Below are positions 24,771 to 32,985 of a stretch of 32,985 nucleotides of DNA, piece after piece. Numbering within the stretch: position 1 is the stretch's first letter; every line of letters starts with the position of its first letter. The translations under genes and the position numbers were made by a program. The notes under the pieces are model-generated. The model had not been told where the DNA came from, did not search any database, and was given only the letters and a program-made list of their open reading frames with translations. Source of the stretch: Chloroflexota bacterium (GTDB lineage: Bacteria; Chloroflexota; Limnocylindria; Limnocylindrales; CSP1-4); assembly GCA_030446555.1 (NCBI GenBank), contig JAUJNA010000010.1, forward strand, positions 16,395 through 49,379, given 5' to 3'.

Positions 24771-26759
24771 TTAGGGCGCGGCGACCGCCGTGTCGCAGTA
24801 GACGAACGGGTCCTGCGCGGGCGCGCCGGGTGGCGTCTCGCCGGTGAGCTCCGGATTGTCCGGAAGCGTCGGCGCCACTTCGTCCCACCAGGCCTTCCGA
24901 GCCAGGATCACCTGCGTCTGGTACTCGCAGTACCCGACCGGCTTGACGCGCCGCATCCCACCGAAGGCGTACCCGGAGAGTGCCGAGAGCTCACCGAGGG
25001 CGGCGCTGTGCACGCCCTTCGCTTCCGCGGTCGTCGATCGCCCCACGCCGTCTGCAGCCACGGGGTGCCCGGCACCCATCGGCAGCCCGATGCCGCCACC
25101 GGTCGCCTGGGCCGGGTCGTAGTCGAGGCTGTCGGGCGTCCAGGCCGCCTGCTCGAGCGCGCGCCGGAGCTGCCAGTTCGTGACCGAGGCGCAGGCCCCC
25201 TGCGAGCACTTCTTCGCCGCGGCGCCCTTGCCGCGCGGCACGTTCGTCGCCATGACCGGCTTGCCGTCCACCGAGCGGATGCCGCGCTTGTGCTTGAGCG
25301 TCCGCCGCGTCTCGAGCAGGACCCTCGACGCCAGGCCCGCGGATCGCGGCGTGCTGAAGCTCGTCCCGCTCACGCTCGTCGTGCCGCTCTCGCAGTCCAT
25401 GCAGTAGGGCAGCGTCTGCGTGAAGTCGGAGACGAAGTCGGGCAGGTTGCCGGAGAGCAGCGTGTCGCCCTCCGACGATCCTTCCTCGATGCCCGAGACG
25501 CCGATGCTCCACCACGGTCCCGCCCCGGCACGGAGCGCCGTCACGCCCGGCCCGTTGCCGCCGGAGCTGAAGTGCAGCTTGCCGCGCGACACGACGCCCT
25601 CGTACGAGTGCTCGAAGGCGCGGTACTCCGGGAGCGGCACGAGCCCGAAGCCGACCGACACGCCGTAGCTCGTCGTCACGATGTCGACGGCGGGGTTCTG
25701 GAACGCCGCGGCGTGCGTCTCCGCGCTGCCCAGTGCGTTGTTCGCCTCGATGAACAGGATGATCGCGTCGGGGTTCGCCGTCAGGACGGCGGCCGACGTC
25801 CCGACGCCGTGCGGGTTCTTCGCGGTCGTGGGCTTGAGATACGGCTCGTCCTCTCCCTCCACGGCGAGCGAGGTGGCGATGATGTTCGTGCCGGCGAAGT
25901 GGTACAGCTCGCCTCGCTCGACGCGCGCCCAGAACCCGGCGTCCGCGAAGCGGTCGGAGGCGAAGTCCCCCGTCCGGGTCAGCCGGACCACGTTCTCGGG
26001 CTTCACGCCCAGCTCGTCGAGCACCTCCTGGGTCACCGACGACGGTCGCTGGTAGTAGAAGTCGTGGTACGGGTTGATCGCGGAGTCGATGTCGGCGACG
26101 ATGACGCGCGGCCGATCGGGGTCCGACGGGATCGCGACCTCCGTCCCCGAGCAACCGGTCGCGTCGACGACGGCGCCGCTCGGCGTCCCCGGGCAGTCGT
26201 CGTCGACGTCGGCGACCCCATCGCCGTCCGAGTCACGCGTCGAGTCGGTCGCGAGCAGCGTCACCTGGGCGCTGTAGGCGACCGCCCTGCTCGAGAACGG
26301 CACCGCTCGGACGGTGTACGTGTGCGTCCCGTTCAGCGCCGGGAACTCGACCGACTCGGTCGTGCCGGCATTGTCGGCGACCGCGATGTAGTCGCCGTTC
26401 GCGTCGAGGACGTAGAGGTCGTAGTCGGATCCCCTGTTCTGGCTTGCGTCGAACGCGCGGAGCGCGACCTTGACGCTGGAGTCGGGATGCGTCGCGAGGT
26501 AATCGTCCGGGAGCGCGACCGTCAGCGCGAAGTCGTCGCACGGCGCGAGGTCGGGGAGGCACTGCAGCGTGGAGCCGTCGAAGAGCGGGTCGGAGCGGTT
26601 CGGTGCGACGAACGGCCCCCCTTCGTACGAGACGGTCCGCTCTGCGTCGTTGACCTGCCCGCCGTCGGGTGTCGCCGCAGCCGCGGGTCCGGCGAGGGGA
26701 AGCAGCATCGCCATGGCGACGAGCACCGCGCCCGCCCTGATCGAACCCCGAACGCGCAT
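24771..26759 (-). CDS. Secreted subtilisin-like S8 serine peptidase with N-terminal PPC-like domain and TSP3-like Ca-binding repeat
   Basis: Signal peptide ending PAAA. PPC-like DYDLYVLDANG. TSP3-like DSDGDGVADVDDDCPGTP...DATGC. Catalytic Asp (VIVADIDSA), His (PHGVGTS), oxyanion Asn (SGGNG) and Ser (SGTSFSTP). GAGGTG SD. Confidence 0.8.
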   Translation of the reverse strand: MRVRGSIRAGAVLVAMAMLLPLAGPAAAATPDGGQVNDAERTVSYEGGPFVAPNRSDPLFDGSTLQCLPDLAPCDDFALTVALPDDYLATHPDSSVKVALRAFDASQNRGSDYDLYVLDANGDYIAVADNAGTTESVEFPALNGTHTYTVRAVPFSSRAVAYSAQVTLLATDSTRDSDGDGVADVDDDCPGTPSGAVVDATGCSGTEVAIPSDPDRPRVIVADIDSAINPYHDFYYQRPSSVTQEVLDELGVKPENVVRLTRTGDFASDRFADAGFWARVERGELYHFAGTNIIATSLAVEGEDEPYLKPTTAKNPHGVGTSAAVLTANPDAIILFIEANNALGSAETHAAAFQNPAVDIVTTSYGVSVGFGLVPLPEYRAFEHSYEGVVSRGKLHFSSGGNGPGVTALRAGAGPWWSIGVSGIEEGSSEGDTLLSGNLPDFVSDFTQTLPYCMDCESGTTSVSGTSFSTPRSAGLASRVLLETRRTLKHKRGIRSVDGKPVMATNVPRGKGAAAKKCSQGACASVTNWQLRRALEQAAWTPDSLDYDPAQATGGGIGLPMGAGHPVAADGVGRSTTAEAKGVHSAALGELSALSGYAFGGMRRVKPVGYCEYQTQVILARKAWWDEVAPTLPDNPELTGETPPGAPAQDPFVYCDTAVAAP

Positions 26760-26838
26760 CTATGTCACCTCTGTCGGACGCGGCGTCTGCATGGGACGCG
26801 GGCGGCTCGGGGAGCCACGCGGGCGCAGCGCTCGACAA

Positions 26839-26868
26839 AGGCTAACGCACCACGCCCCGGGGTGTCAA
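26839..26868 (-). promoter_or_regulatory. Sigma70-type promoter for the S8 peptidase
   Basis: Consensus TTGACA (26863-26868), 18-nt spacer, TAGCCT (26839-26844). Confidence 0.65.
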
Positions 26869-26910
26869 CCCTCCGATCACGTCGCGGCCGGGGACGGCGG
26901 GCGCCGTCGA

Positions 26911-27303
26911 TCACGCGCGGGCCGCGACGGCCTCGATCTCGACCAGGTACTCGGGCGCCACGAGCGCCGCGACGACGATGAACGTCGAGGCGGGTCGATA
27001 TCCCTCTGCCTGGTAGCGAGCGCGAACCTCGCGCACCGCGGCGATGTGCTCGCTGCTTGTGACGAACGTCGTGACCTTGACGACATCGTCGAGACCCATC
27101 CCGGCGCTCTTCAGGAGCGCGACGATGTTCTCCCAGGCCTGTTCCGCCTGCGCGCCCACATCCGTGGCGATCGTGCCGCCCGGGGCGATGCCGACCTGAC
27201 CCGAGATGACCAGCCAGCGTGCGCCCGCGGCGACCTCGACGGCGTGGCTATAGCTGGGCGCGACCGGGCCCGCGATCTCATCGGGGGCATGGGTCTTGTG
27301 CAC
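26911..27303 (-). CDS. Rid (YjgF/YER057c/UK114) family protein
   Basis: Motifs YSHAVEV, ISGQVG, QAEQAWENI, DDVVKVTTFV, RPAST and LVEIEA. GGAG SD supports GTG 27303 (27315 is an alternative start). Confidence 0.9.
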   Translation of the reverse strand: MHKTHAPDEIAGPVAPSYSHAVEVAAGARWLVISGQVGIAPGGTIATDVGAQAEQAWENIVALLKSAGMGLDDVVKVTTFVTSSEHIAAVREVRARYQAEGYRPASTFIVVAALVAPEYLVEIEAVAARA

Positions 27304-27349
27304 GAGGCGCTCCACGAGTCCCTCGACGATGCCAGCCGTGACCGCCGCC

Positions 27350-28315
27350 TCAGCCGGTCGGGCCGCTCCGCTCGCCGCCGGTCGTGCCCATCGAGGGCGC
27401 GTCCGGGGACCGCGGCGCCACCGGGCCGCCCACGGAGCTCGCGGCGGAGAACCCTCGGTCCACGTAGTCGCCGACCCGGCGTGCCAGGTCCGTCAGCTCC
27501 AGCGGGAGGATGTACTTGGTCGACGGCGACGCGCCCAACGCCTTGAGCGCTTCCAGGTACTGGAGCGTCATGGTCCGCTCATCGACCGTCCGAGCCGCCT
27601 GGAAGATGCGTTCCAGCGCCTGGCTGAAGCCCTCCGCCTCCAGGATCGCCGACTGGCGCCGCCCCTCGGCTCGCAGGATGGCCGCCTGCTTCTCGCCCTC
27701 GGCGACGTTGATGTTGGCCTGGCGCGAGCCCTCGGACTCGGTGATGACGGCGCGCCGGTTCCGCTCCGCGGAGAGCATCCGGTTCATCGAGTCCTGGACG
27801 TCGCGCGGCGGGATGATCTCGCGGATCTCCACGATGGTGACCTTGCCGCCCCACCGCTCGGTCTGCTCGTCCAGCTTGGCGCGCAGGACCTCGTTGATCT
27901 GGTCGCGCTTGGAGAGCACGTCGTCGAGCAGGATGTCGCCGATGACGGCGCGCAGCGTGGTGGTCGCGATGCCCTGCAAGGCGCCGGCGAAGAAGGCGAC
28001 GTTCACGACGCTCTTCAGCGGGTCGATGATGCGCCAGTAGATCAGGAAGTCGATGTTGATCGGCGCGTTGTCCTTGGTGATCGCCGTCTGGCTGGGGATC
28101 TCGATGAACTGCTCGCGAAGGTCCACGCGCACCGGGCGGTCGACCAGCGGGATGAGGAAGACGAGTCCCGGGCCCTTGACCAGCCCCTCGTTGGTGCGTC
28201 CGAAGCGGAAGACCACCAGACGGTCGTACTCGTTGACCACCCGGACCGAGAGGTAGACGAGGACCAGGATGACGACGGCGACGAGGGCGACCGCCGCGAT
28301 GGTGACCGGATCCAC
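27350..28315 (-). CDS. SPFH/band 7 (stomatin-like, QmcA-type) membrane protein
   Basis: N-terminal TM, VVFRFGR...GPGLVFLIP, ITKDN, TTTLRAVIG, WGGKVTIVEI and AERxRRA/AEG coiled-coil repeats. AGGAGG SD. Confidence 0.93.
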   Translation of the reverse strand: MDPVTIAAVALVAVVILVLVYLSVRVVNEYDRLVVFRFGRTNEGLVKGPGLVFLIPLVDRPVRVDLREQFIEIPSQTAITKDNAPINIDFLIYWRIIDPLKSVVNVAFFAGALQGIATTTLRAVIGDILLDDVLSKRDQINEVLRAKLDEQTERWGGKVTIVEIREIIPPRDVQDSMNRMLSAERNRRAVITESEGSRQANINVAEGEKQAAILRAEGRRQSAILEAEGFSQALERIFQAARTVDERTMTLQYLEALKALGASPSTKYILPLELTDLARRVGDYVDRGFSAASSVGGPVAPRSPDAPSMGTTGGERSGPTG

Positions 28316-28343
28316 GTGGACCTCCTGCTAGGGCTGTCTATTC

Positions 28344-29711
28344 TCAGGCAAGCGAGACGCTCGTGTCCGTGGGCTCCACCAGCAACGTCAGTCCTTCCTG
28401 GCCCACGACGCGCACGGCCGTACCGCGCTCCAGCGATCGACCGTCGGAGGTGCGTGCGGTCCACTCCTCACCCGCCGCGTAGACCGACCCCGTGGGCGCG
28501 AGTGGCCGGCGGACCGCGGCCGGCGTGCCCAGTGGCAGCGTAGGCCCGCCGCTCGTCCCCCCGATGGTCATGGGCGCGAACCGATGCGTCCGCACGGCAG
28601 CGAGCAGGACCATGGCCATGAAGGCCGCGGTGAGGAGCGTCATGGTGATGATGATGGGCGCCGCTACCTCGACGTCGGGTGCCTCGGGCGTGCCCGGTTC
28701 GGTGTAGAGGGCGGCGGCACCCAGCGCGAAACAGACGACGCCCGCCACCGTCAACAGGCCGTGGCTGGTCACGGTGAGCTCCAGCACGAACAGGACGATG
28801 GCCAGGCCGATGAGGATCAGTCCGCCGATGTTCAAAGGCAGGCTGCCGAAACCGATGAAGGCCAGGATGAGCGCGATGCCACCCAGGATGCCGGTCACGA
28901 AGTTGGGGTTCTGGAGCTCGAAGATGAGGCCGTAGAAGCCGATCGTGAAGAGGATGAAGGCGATGTTCGGGTCGGTCAGGATGTGCAGGAACTGCTGGAG
29001 CGGGTTCATCGGCAGCTCCTCGACCGGTGCGCCCTCCGTGGCGAGGGTCACTTGCTGCCCGTTCACCGTGACCGTGCGCCCGTCCAGGGCGGCCACCAAC
29101 TCCTCGATGGAGCCCGCCTTGATGTCGACCGCGCCCTCCTCCAGCGCCTGGTCGACCGTGTAAGAGGCGGCGTCGCGGATGGTGCTCACCGCCCACTCCA
29201 CCGGTCGATCGCGCTCCTCCGCGATGGCGGTGATCGAGGCGATCGAATCGTTGAGCACCTTCTCGCCGAGATCGCCCTCGATGTCCTGGCCTTCTCCGGT
29301 GACCGGCGTCGCGGCCCCGATGTTCGTGCCCGCCGCCATCGCCGCCACGTGGGCGGCCAGGGTCATGAAGGTGCCGGCACTGGCGGCCCGGCTCCCGGAA
29401 GGCGCCACCCAGACCACGACCGGCAGCGGCGCGTCGAGGAAGGTCTTCACGATCTCCCGGGTCGCGTCGAGCGAGCCGCCCGGAGTGTCGAGGCGGACCA
29501 CGACCGCGGCGGCACCGTCGCGATCGGCTCGAGCGATCGAATCGCGCAGGTAACCGGCCATCACCTGGTCGACCACACCGGTGGTGGGCAGCACCACGAC
29601 ACTGCCGGGGCTCGCCCCGAGCGCAGACGCCGCGAGAAGCATCAACAGTCCGCACACGAGGGACGCCGCACGGAGCGGGGCGAGGAGTCGGGCGACGACG
29701 CGGGGCTTCAT
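28344..29711 (-). CDS. nfeD: Long-form NfeD: ClpP-class serine protease domain, membrane domain and OB fold
   Basis: Signal peptide, LDTPGG, RAASAGTF (catalytic Ser), TNIGAATPV, multi-TM region, C-terminal GSVYAAGEEWTA...VRVVGQEGLTLLVE. Paired with the SPFH gene. Confidence 0.92.
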   Translation of the reverse strand: MKPRVVARLLAPLRAASLVCGLLMLLAASALGASPGSVVVLPTTGVVDQVMAGYLRDSIARADRDGAAAVVVRLDTPGGSLDATREIVKTFLDAPLPVVVWVAPSGSRAASAGTFMTLAAHVAAMAAGTNIGAATPVTGEGQDIEGDLGEKVLNDSIASITAIAEERDRPVEWAVSTIRDAASYTVDQALEEGAVDIKAGSIEELVAALDGRTVTVNGQQVTLATEGAPVEELPMNPLQQFLHILTDPNIAFILFTIGFYGLIFELQNPNFVTGILGGIALILAFIGFGSLPLNIGGLILIGLAIVLFVLELTVTSHGLLTVAGVVCFALGAAALYTEPGTPEAPDVEVAAPIIITMTLLTAAFMAMVLLAAVRTHRFAPMTIGGTSGGPTLPLGTPAAVRRPLAPTGSVYAAGEEWTARTSDGRSLERGTAVRVVGQEGLTLLVEPTDTSVSLA

Positions 29712-29754
29712 GGCGGTGCCTTCACGAGCATCGTACCCGTTCGGCGGCGCGGGA

Positions 29755-30351
29755 CTAAAGTCGGACGCCGCTGGTCCGCCCCGTCAGGAAGTCGTACACG
29801 AGGCTGCTCCATGTCTCGAGGCGGTCGTAGACGCGCAGCACCTGGACCGGCGTCACGAACGAGCCCTTCAGCTTGTGCGTCTCGCGGACCTCGACGGCAC
29901 GGCCCTTCGCCTCGACCAGATAGACGATGCCCAGGTGGACGGCGCCCACCGGATCGGTGTCATCGTTCAGCAGCCCGACCAGGCGGAACTCGGGCGTCCA
30001 GTCAGCGGCCAGCTCCTCCGACCACTCGCGCGCAAGCCCGCGGTGGATGTCGCCGTCCTCTGCGTCGACGTGACCCCCGACGCCGATCGAGTGGCGCTCG
30101 TGCAGCCGGGTGTCGGTCCCGGCACGGGTGCGGCGCATGAGGAAGATCCGGCCCCGGTCGCGGAGCACGGCGTAGGGGATGATCTGCTTCCACGACGGGT
30201 CGTCCTCGACGTCACTCCTCGGGCGATACGTCCCGTGCGTGGCCACGCTGGCGAAGAAGGGCCCCACGTCCCCGTGCGCGATCCCTCGCCAGGAGGCCCC
30301 CGCGGGCGCTCGACTGCGCGGGATGCCGAGCACGCGCTCATCACCACTCAC
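29755..30351 (-). CDS. NUDIX-fold predicted phosphoesterase (YmaB/COG4112-like)
   Basis: Motifs EDDPSWKQIIPY, SIGVGGHV, Nudix-like GLAREWSEEL and GLLNDDTDPVGAVHLG. TACCGT lies 6 nt before the GTG. Confidence 0.8.
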   Translation of the reverse strand: MSGDERVLGIPRSRAPAGASWRGIAHGDVGPFFASVATHGTYRPRSDVEDDPSWKQIIPYAVLRDRGRIFLMRRTRAGTDTRLHERHSIGVGGHVDAEDGDIHRGLAREWSEELAADWTPEFRLVGLLNDDTDPVGAVHLGIVYLVEAKGRAVEVRETHKLKGSFVTPVQVLRVYDRLETWSSLVYDFLTGRTSGVRL

Positions 30352-30411
30352 GGGATCACGGTACTGGGACGCGACCGCGCGGGGCGCTCCACACGATCGG
30401 TCCGACGACGG

Positions 30412-31788
30412 CTACCGTGCTGCGACGCCCACAGCCGGGACGGCCTCCAGAGCCGCCGCGATCCGCTCTTCCGGGTACTCATGGTCCTCGAGTCGACCCG
30501 CGATCGACCGCTCGTACGCGCCCATGTCGAAGTGCCCGTGCCCGGAGAGGTTGAACAGGATGACGCGTGCGGTCCCCTCCTCCTTCGCGCGCACCGCCTC
30601 ATCGATGGCCACCTTGATCGCGTGGCTCGACTCGGGCGCCGGAAGGATGCCCTCCGCCCGGGCGAATCGGACGCCCGCCTCGAAGGTCTCCGTCTGGTGC
30701 ACCGCCCGGGCCTCGATGATGCCCTGCTCCTTGAGCAGCGACACGAGCGGCGCCATGCCGTGGTAGCGCAGCCCACCGGCGTGGATGGGCTGGGGGATGA
30801 AGTCGTGGCCCAGCGTGTGCATCTTGACCAGCGGCGTCATCTGGCCCGTGTCGCCGAAGTCGTACCGGTACTCGCCGCGGGTCAGGCTCGGTGCCGCGGC
30901 GGGCTCGACGGCCATGAAGCGGTAGGAGCCCTCGCCGCGCAGCTGGCGCCCGACGAACGGGAACGCGAGCCCGGCGAAGTTGGAGCCGCCGCCAGTGCAG
31001 CCGATGATCACGTCCGGCTCCTCACCGGCCATCGCCATCTGCTCGATCGCCTCCTGGCCGATGACCGTCTGGTGCAGGAGCACGTGGTTCAGCACCGAGC
31101 CCAACGAGTACTTCGTGTCCTCTCGGCCCGCCGCGTCCTCCACGGCCTCGCTGATCGCGATGCCCAGCGAGCCGGTCGAGTCGGGATCCTCGTTGAGGAC
31201 GCGCTTGCCATACTCGGTCGTCAGGCTGGGGCTGGCGACGACCTCGGCACCGTAGACCTCCATGAGGTTGCGCCGGTACGGCTTCTGGTCGTACGAGGCG
31301 CGGACCATGTAGACCTTGACCTCGAGTCCGAAGAGCGCGCCCGCGAAGGCGACGGCCGAGCCCCACTGCCCGGCGCCCGTCTCGGTCGCCAGGCGCTTGA
31401 CGCCCGCCTCCTTGTTGTAGAACGCCTGGGCGATGGCGGTGTTCGGCTTGTGGCTCCCGCCCGGGCTCACGCCCTCGTACTTGTAGTAGATGTGGGCCGG
31501 CGTATCGAGCGCCGCTTCCAGGCGGTGGGCGCGGAAGAGCGGGCTGGGCCGGTACAGCGCGTAGGCCTCGCGCACGGGGCCCGGGATCTCGACCTCCCGC
31601 TCGGTCGACACCTCCTGGCCGATGAGCGCCATCGGGAAGAGTGGTGCCAGGTCGTCAGGTCCGACCGGCTGCCCGGTGCCGGGATGGAGCACCGGTGCCG
31701 GTGGGACGGCGAGGTCCGCCGCGATGTTGTAGTAGCTGCGCGGGATGCGCTCCTCGCCGAGGAGGTACTTGGTGTGGCTGCGCGTCAT
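30412..31788 (-). CDS. trpB2: TrpB2-type tryptophan synthase beta-like PLP enzyme
   Basis: GAAAGGAG SD then ATG 31788. N-terminal extension IPRSYYNI...PLFP typical of TrpB2. Motifs [16 protein letters not shown] (PLP Lys), [27 protein letters not shown] and HAGGLRYHG. No trpA in the window. Confidence 0.93.
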   Translation of the reverse strand: MTRSHTKYLLGEERIPRSYYNIAADLAVPPAPVLHPGTGQPVGPDDLAPLFPMALIGQEVSTEREVEIPGPVREAYALYRPSPLFRAHRLEAALDTPAHIYYKYEGVSPGGSHKPNTAIAQAFYNKEAGVKRLATETGAGQWGSAVAFAGALFGLEVKVYMVRASYDQKPYRRNLMEVYGAEVVASPSLTTEYGKRVLNEDPDSTGSLGIAISEAVEDAAGREDTKYSLGSVLNHVLLHQTVIGQEAIEQMAMAGEEPDVIIGCTGGGSNFAGLAFPFVGRQLRGEGSYRFMAVEPAAAPSLTRGEYRYDFGDTGQMTPLVKMHTLGHDFIPQPIHAGGLRYHGMAPLVSLLKEQGIIEARAVHQTETFEAGVRFARAEGILPAPESSHAIKVAIDEAVRAKEEGTARVILFNLSGHGHFDMGAYERSIAGRLEDHEYPEERIAAALEAVPAVGVAAR

Positions 31789-31843
31789 CGGGTGGCTCCT
31801 TTCGCGGATCCTGACCCGGCCGTTCCGGGGCCGGGAATCACGT

Positions 31844-32155
31844 GACCGACCTTCCTCCTGCCGGGACGAAAGGTCGGTCCTTCCGCGGTGCCACCCGCTT
31901 TCGATGCCGTCGACCGGCTGGCCGCAGCATCGCGCTCGTCTCGCCGACGGGCCACTCCAGGGGAGATCGAGCCGATCGGTGCTGCCATGATATCGCTGGC
32001 GCGCTGCGCCGGAGCCTAGCGACGCCTCGACGTCCGAGGGGTCGATCGGTCCGGAGGCTCGCGGGTCCATTCGCCGCTGCCGCCGTCCCAGCTTCCACCA
32101 GCCGCTGGGTCTCTGTGCCGGCCGCGCGTCGGGTACTCCTCCCGGTCATCGCCCG
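31844..32155 (-). ncRNA. T-box riboswitch, tryptophan-specific
   Basis: Stem I has GCGAUGA, GAGUA, an AGAGA bulge, CCCAGC-GGCUGGUGGAA-GCUGGG apex and specifier GAA-UGG-A (UGG at 32067-32069). T-box AAAGCGGG-UGGCACC-GCGG (bulge 31887-31893) pairs with downstream UUCGU-CCCG. A competing hairpin lies at 31844-31879. Confidence 0.92.
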
Positions 32156-32175
32156 ATCTTCCGTTGTGGCCGCGG

Positions 32176-32204
32176 AGTCTAGGAGCCGCTCGCTGAGCCG
32201 TCAA
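32176..32204 (-). promoter_or_regulatory. Sigma70-type promoter for the T-box/trpB2 leader
   Basis: TTGACG (32199-32204), 17-nt spacer, TAGACT (32176-32181). The TAG is also the thpR stop codon. Confidence 0.75.
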
Positions 32205-32790
32205 GGAGCGTGGGACCAGGGGACGCGACCGATCCGCCCAGCGGCACCACGTGCACCGGCTCGTAGCGGGCTCCCGCCCCTCCCAGGTGGCTGCGCTGGA
32301 GGACGACCGAGTCGACCCGCCAGCCGATGCTCGCTCCAGCGCCGCCGGCACCAGCCAGATCAGCGATGAGCCGGCTGGAGGCGCGTCGAGCCACGGTCAC
32401 GTGCGGGAGCTCGCCGGCGCTGTGAGGACCGCTGCGCCAGCCGACGGCAGCCTCGAGCGAGCGCGCCAGTCGCGTGATCTCCGTTGCGCCCCGCCCGACC
32501 TCCAGCCACGCGACGCCGTCGTCACCCCGGCGTGCCCGTCCGCCGCCCTGACCCAGCTCCACGTGGATGGGGCTGGCGCGCGTCGCCACGCGTCCGATGG
32601 CCTCGCACAGCAACCGCACTCGGGCCGGCGGGACGGGGCCCAGGAAGACCAACGTCACGTGCAGGACCTCGGCGGGCAGCCAACGCGCCTCCGGATGAGC
32701 AGCACGATGAGGGGCGAGCCACTCCTCGCATCGCGCGGCCGGTGCCGGCGGCAGGGGCAGGCCGATGAAGAGCCGCCACGAGTCGCTCAC
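32179..32790 (-). CDS. thpR: RNA 2',3'-cyclic phosphodiesterase (2H phosphoesterase, LigT/ThpR)
   Basis: RLFIGL start, two HxT motifs (LHVTLVFLG, PHVTVAR) and SHLGGAGARYE end. Confidence 0.88.
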   Translation of the reverse strand: MSDSWRLFIGLPLPPAPAARCEEWLAPHRAAHPEARWLPAEVLHVTLVFLGPVPPARVRLLCEAIGRVATRASPIHVELGQGGGRARRGDDGVAWLEVGRGATEITRLARSLEAAVGWRSGPHSAGELPHVTVARRASSRLIADLAGAGGAGASIGWRVDSVVLQRSHLGGAGARYEPVHVVPLGGSVASPGPTLLDGSASGS

Positions 32791-32811
32791 CGAGGCGCGC
32801 CGGACCCCCGG

Positions 32812-32985
32812 TCAGGACGCGCGGCTCGCGCGAGGACGCTCCACACCGAGCAGTTCGAGTAGGCCGAAGAGGTCGCCGATGACCGGCACATCATCACCGG
32901 GCGGAGCAGCGGGGACGCGAGCCGGGCCGATGCGGCGGTCGATCAGGACCGGCTCGATGCCTGCGGCTCGGGCGCCCTGGACGTC
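32812..32985 (-). CDS. HAD-family hydrolase, C-terminal fragment (enters from the window edge)
   Basis: Manual translation DVQGARAAGIEPVLIDR...VIGDLFGLLELLG...*, matching the HAD motif-IV tail DxxGAxxAG. Confidence 0.7.
   Translation of the reverse strand, partial: DVQGARAAGIEPVLIDRRIGPARVPAAPPGDDVPVIGDLFGLLELLGVERPRASRAS

Noticed and set aside
26760-26835. Possible riboswitch in the S8 peptidase leader
   Set aside because: Only a short GGCTC/GAGCC hairpin. I recognised no conserved aptamer motif, though an Rfam scan would be needed to exclude one.
23985-26981. 998-aa plus-strand ORF, and similar long ORFs 11590-13893, 29581-31845, 19291-20982, 28584-30140, 1859-3253, 83-967 and 10182-11615
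   Set aside because: Antisense or off-frame shadows of well-supported genes. They are Arg/Gly/Ala-rich with no motifs, as expected where high GC makes stop codons scarce.
31785-31988. Short ORFs in the trpB2 leader as attenuator leader peptides
   Set aside because: No tandem Trp codons, and the region is already explained by the T-box structure.
1-32985. CRISPR arrays, tRNA/rRNA genes, IS elements
   Set aside because: No regularly spaced repeats, cloverleaf/rRNA signatures or transposase motifs were seen, and intergenic gaps are nearly all under 150 bp.

Overview
Very GC-rich bacterial chromosomal segment. The gene set and signatures (TrpB2 under a T-box, MurE with GTDGKTT/DEDPR, many apparently leaderless genes) suggest Chloroflexota; this is an inference, not a search result. 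The backbone is a minus-strand housekeeping run: HAD hydrolase (partial), thpR, Trp T-box + trpB2, NUDIX-like, nfeD-SPFH-Rid, secreted S8 peptidase, comM-dprA, small hypothetical, topA-xerC-fem-murJ-fem-murE, then rel and hisS-fem-aspS (partial). A plus-strand block (5893-12613) lies between murE and rel. It encodes a lipoprotein SxxK peptidase, a tandem-GNAT protein, a stand-alone carrier protein, an adenylating ligase, a LysA/BtrK-fold PLP decarboxylase and a FemABX protein. The most interesting signal is this carrier-protein module inside a peptidoglycan locus that has four FemABX paralogues and a non-DAP-type MurE: a candidate undescribed pathway for an unusual peptidoglycan side chain or cross-bridge. 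I saw no rRNA, tRNA, CRISPR array or transposase. Several starts were moved from the ORF track to better-supported downstream codons.
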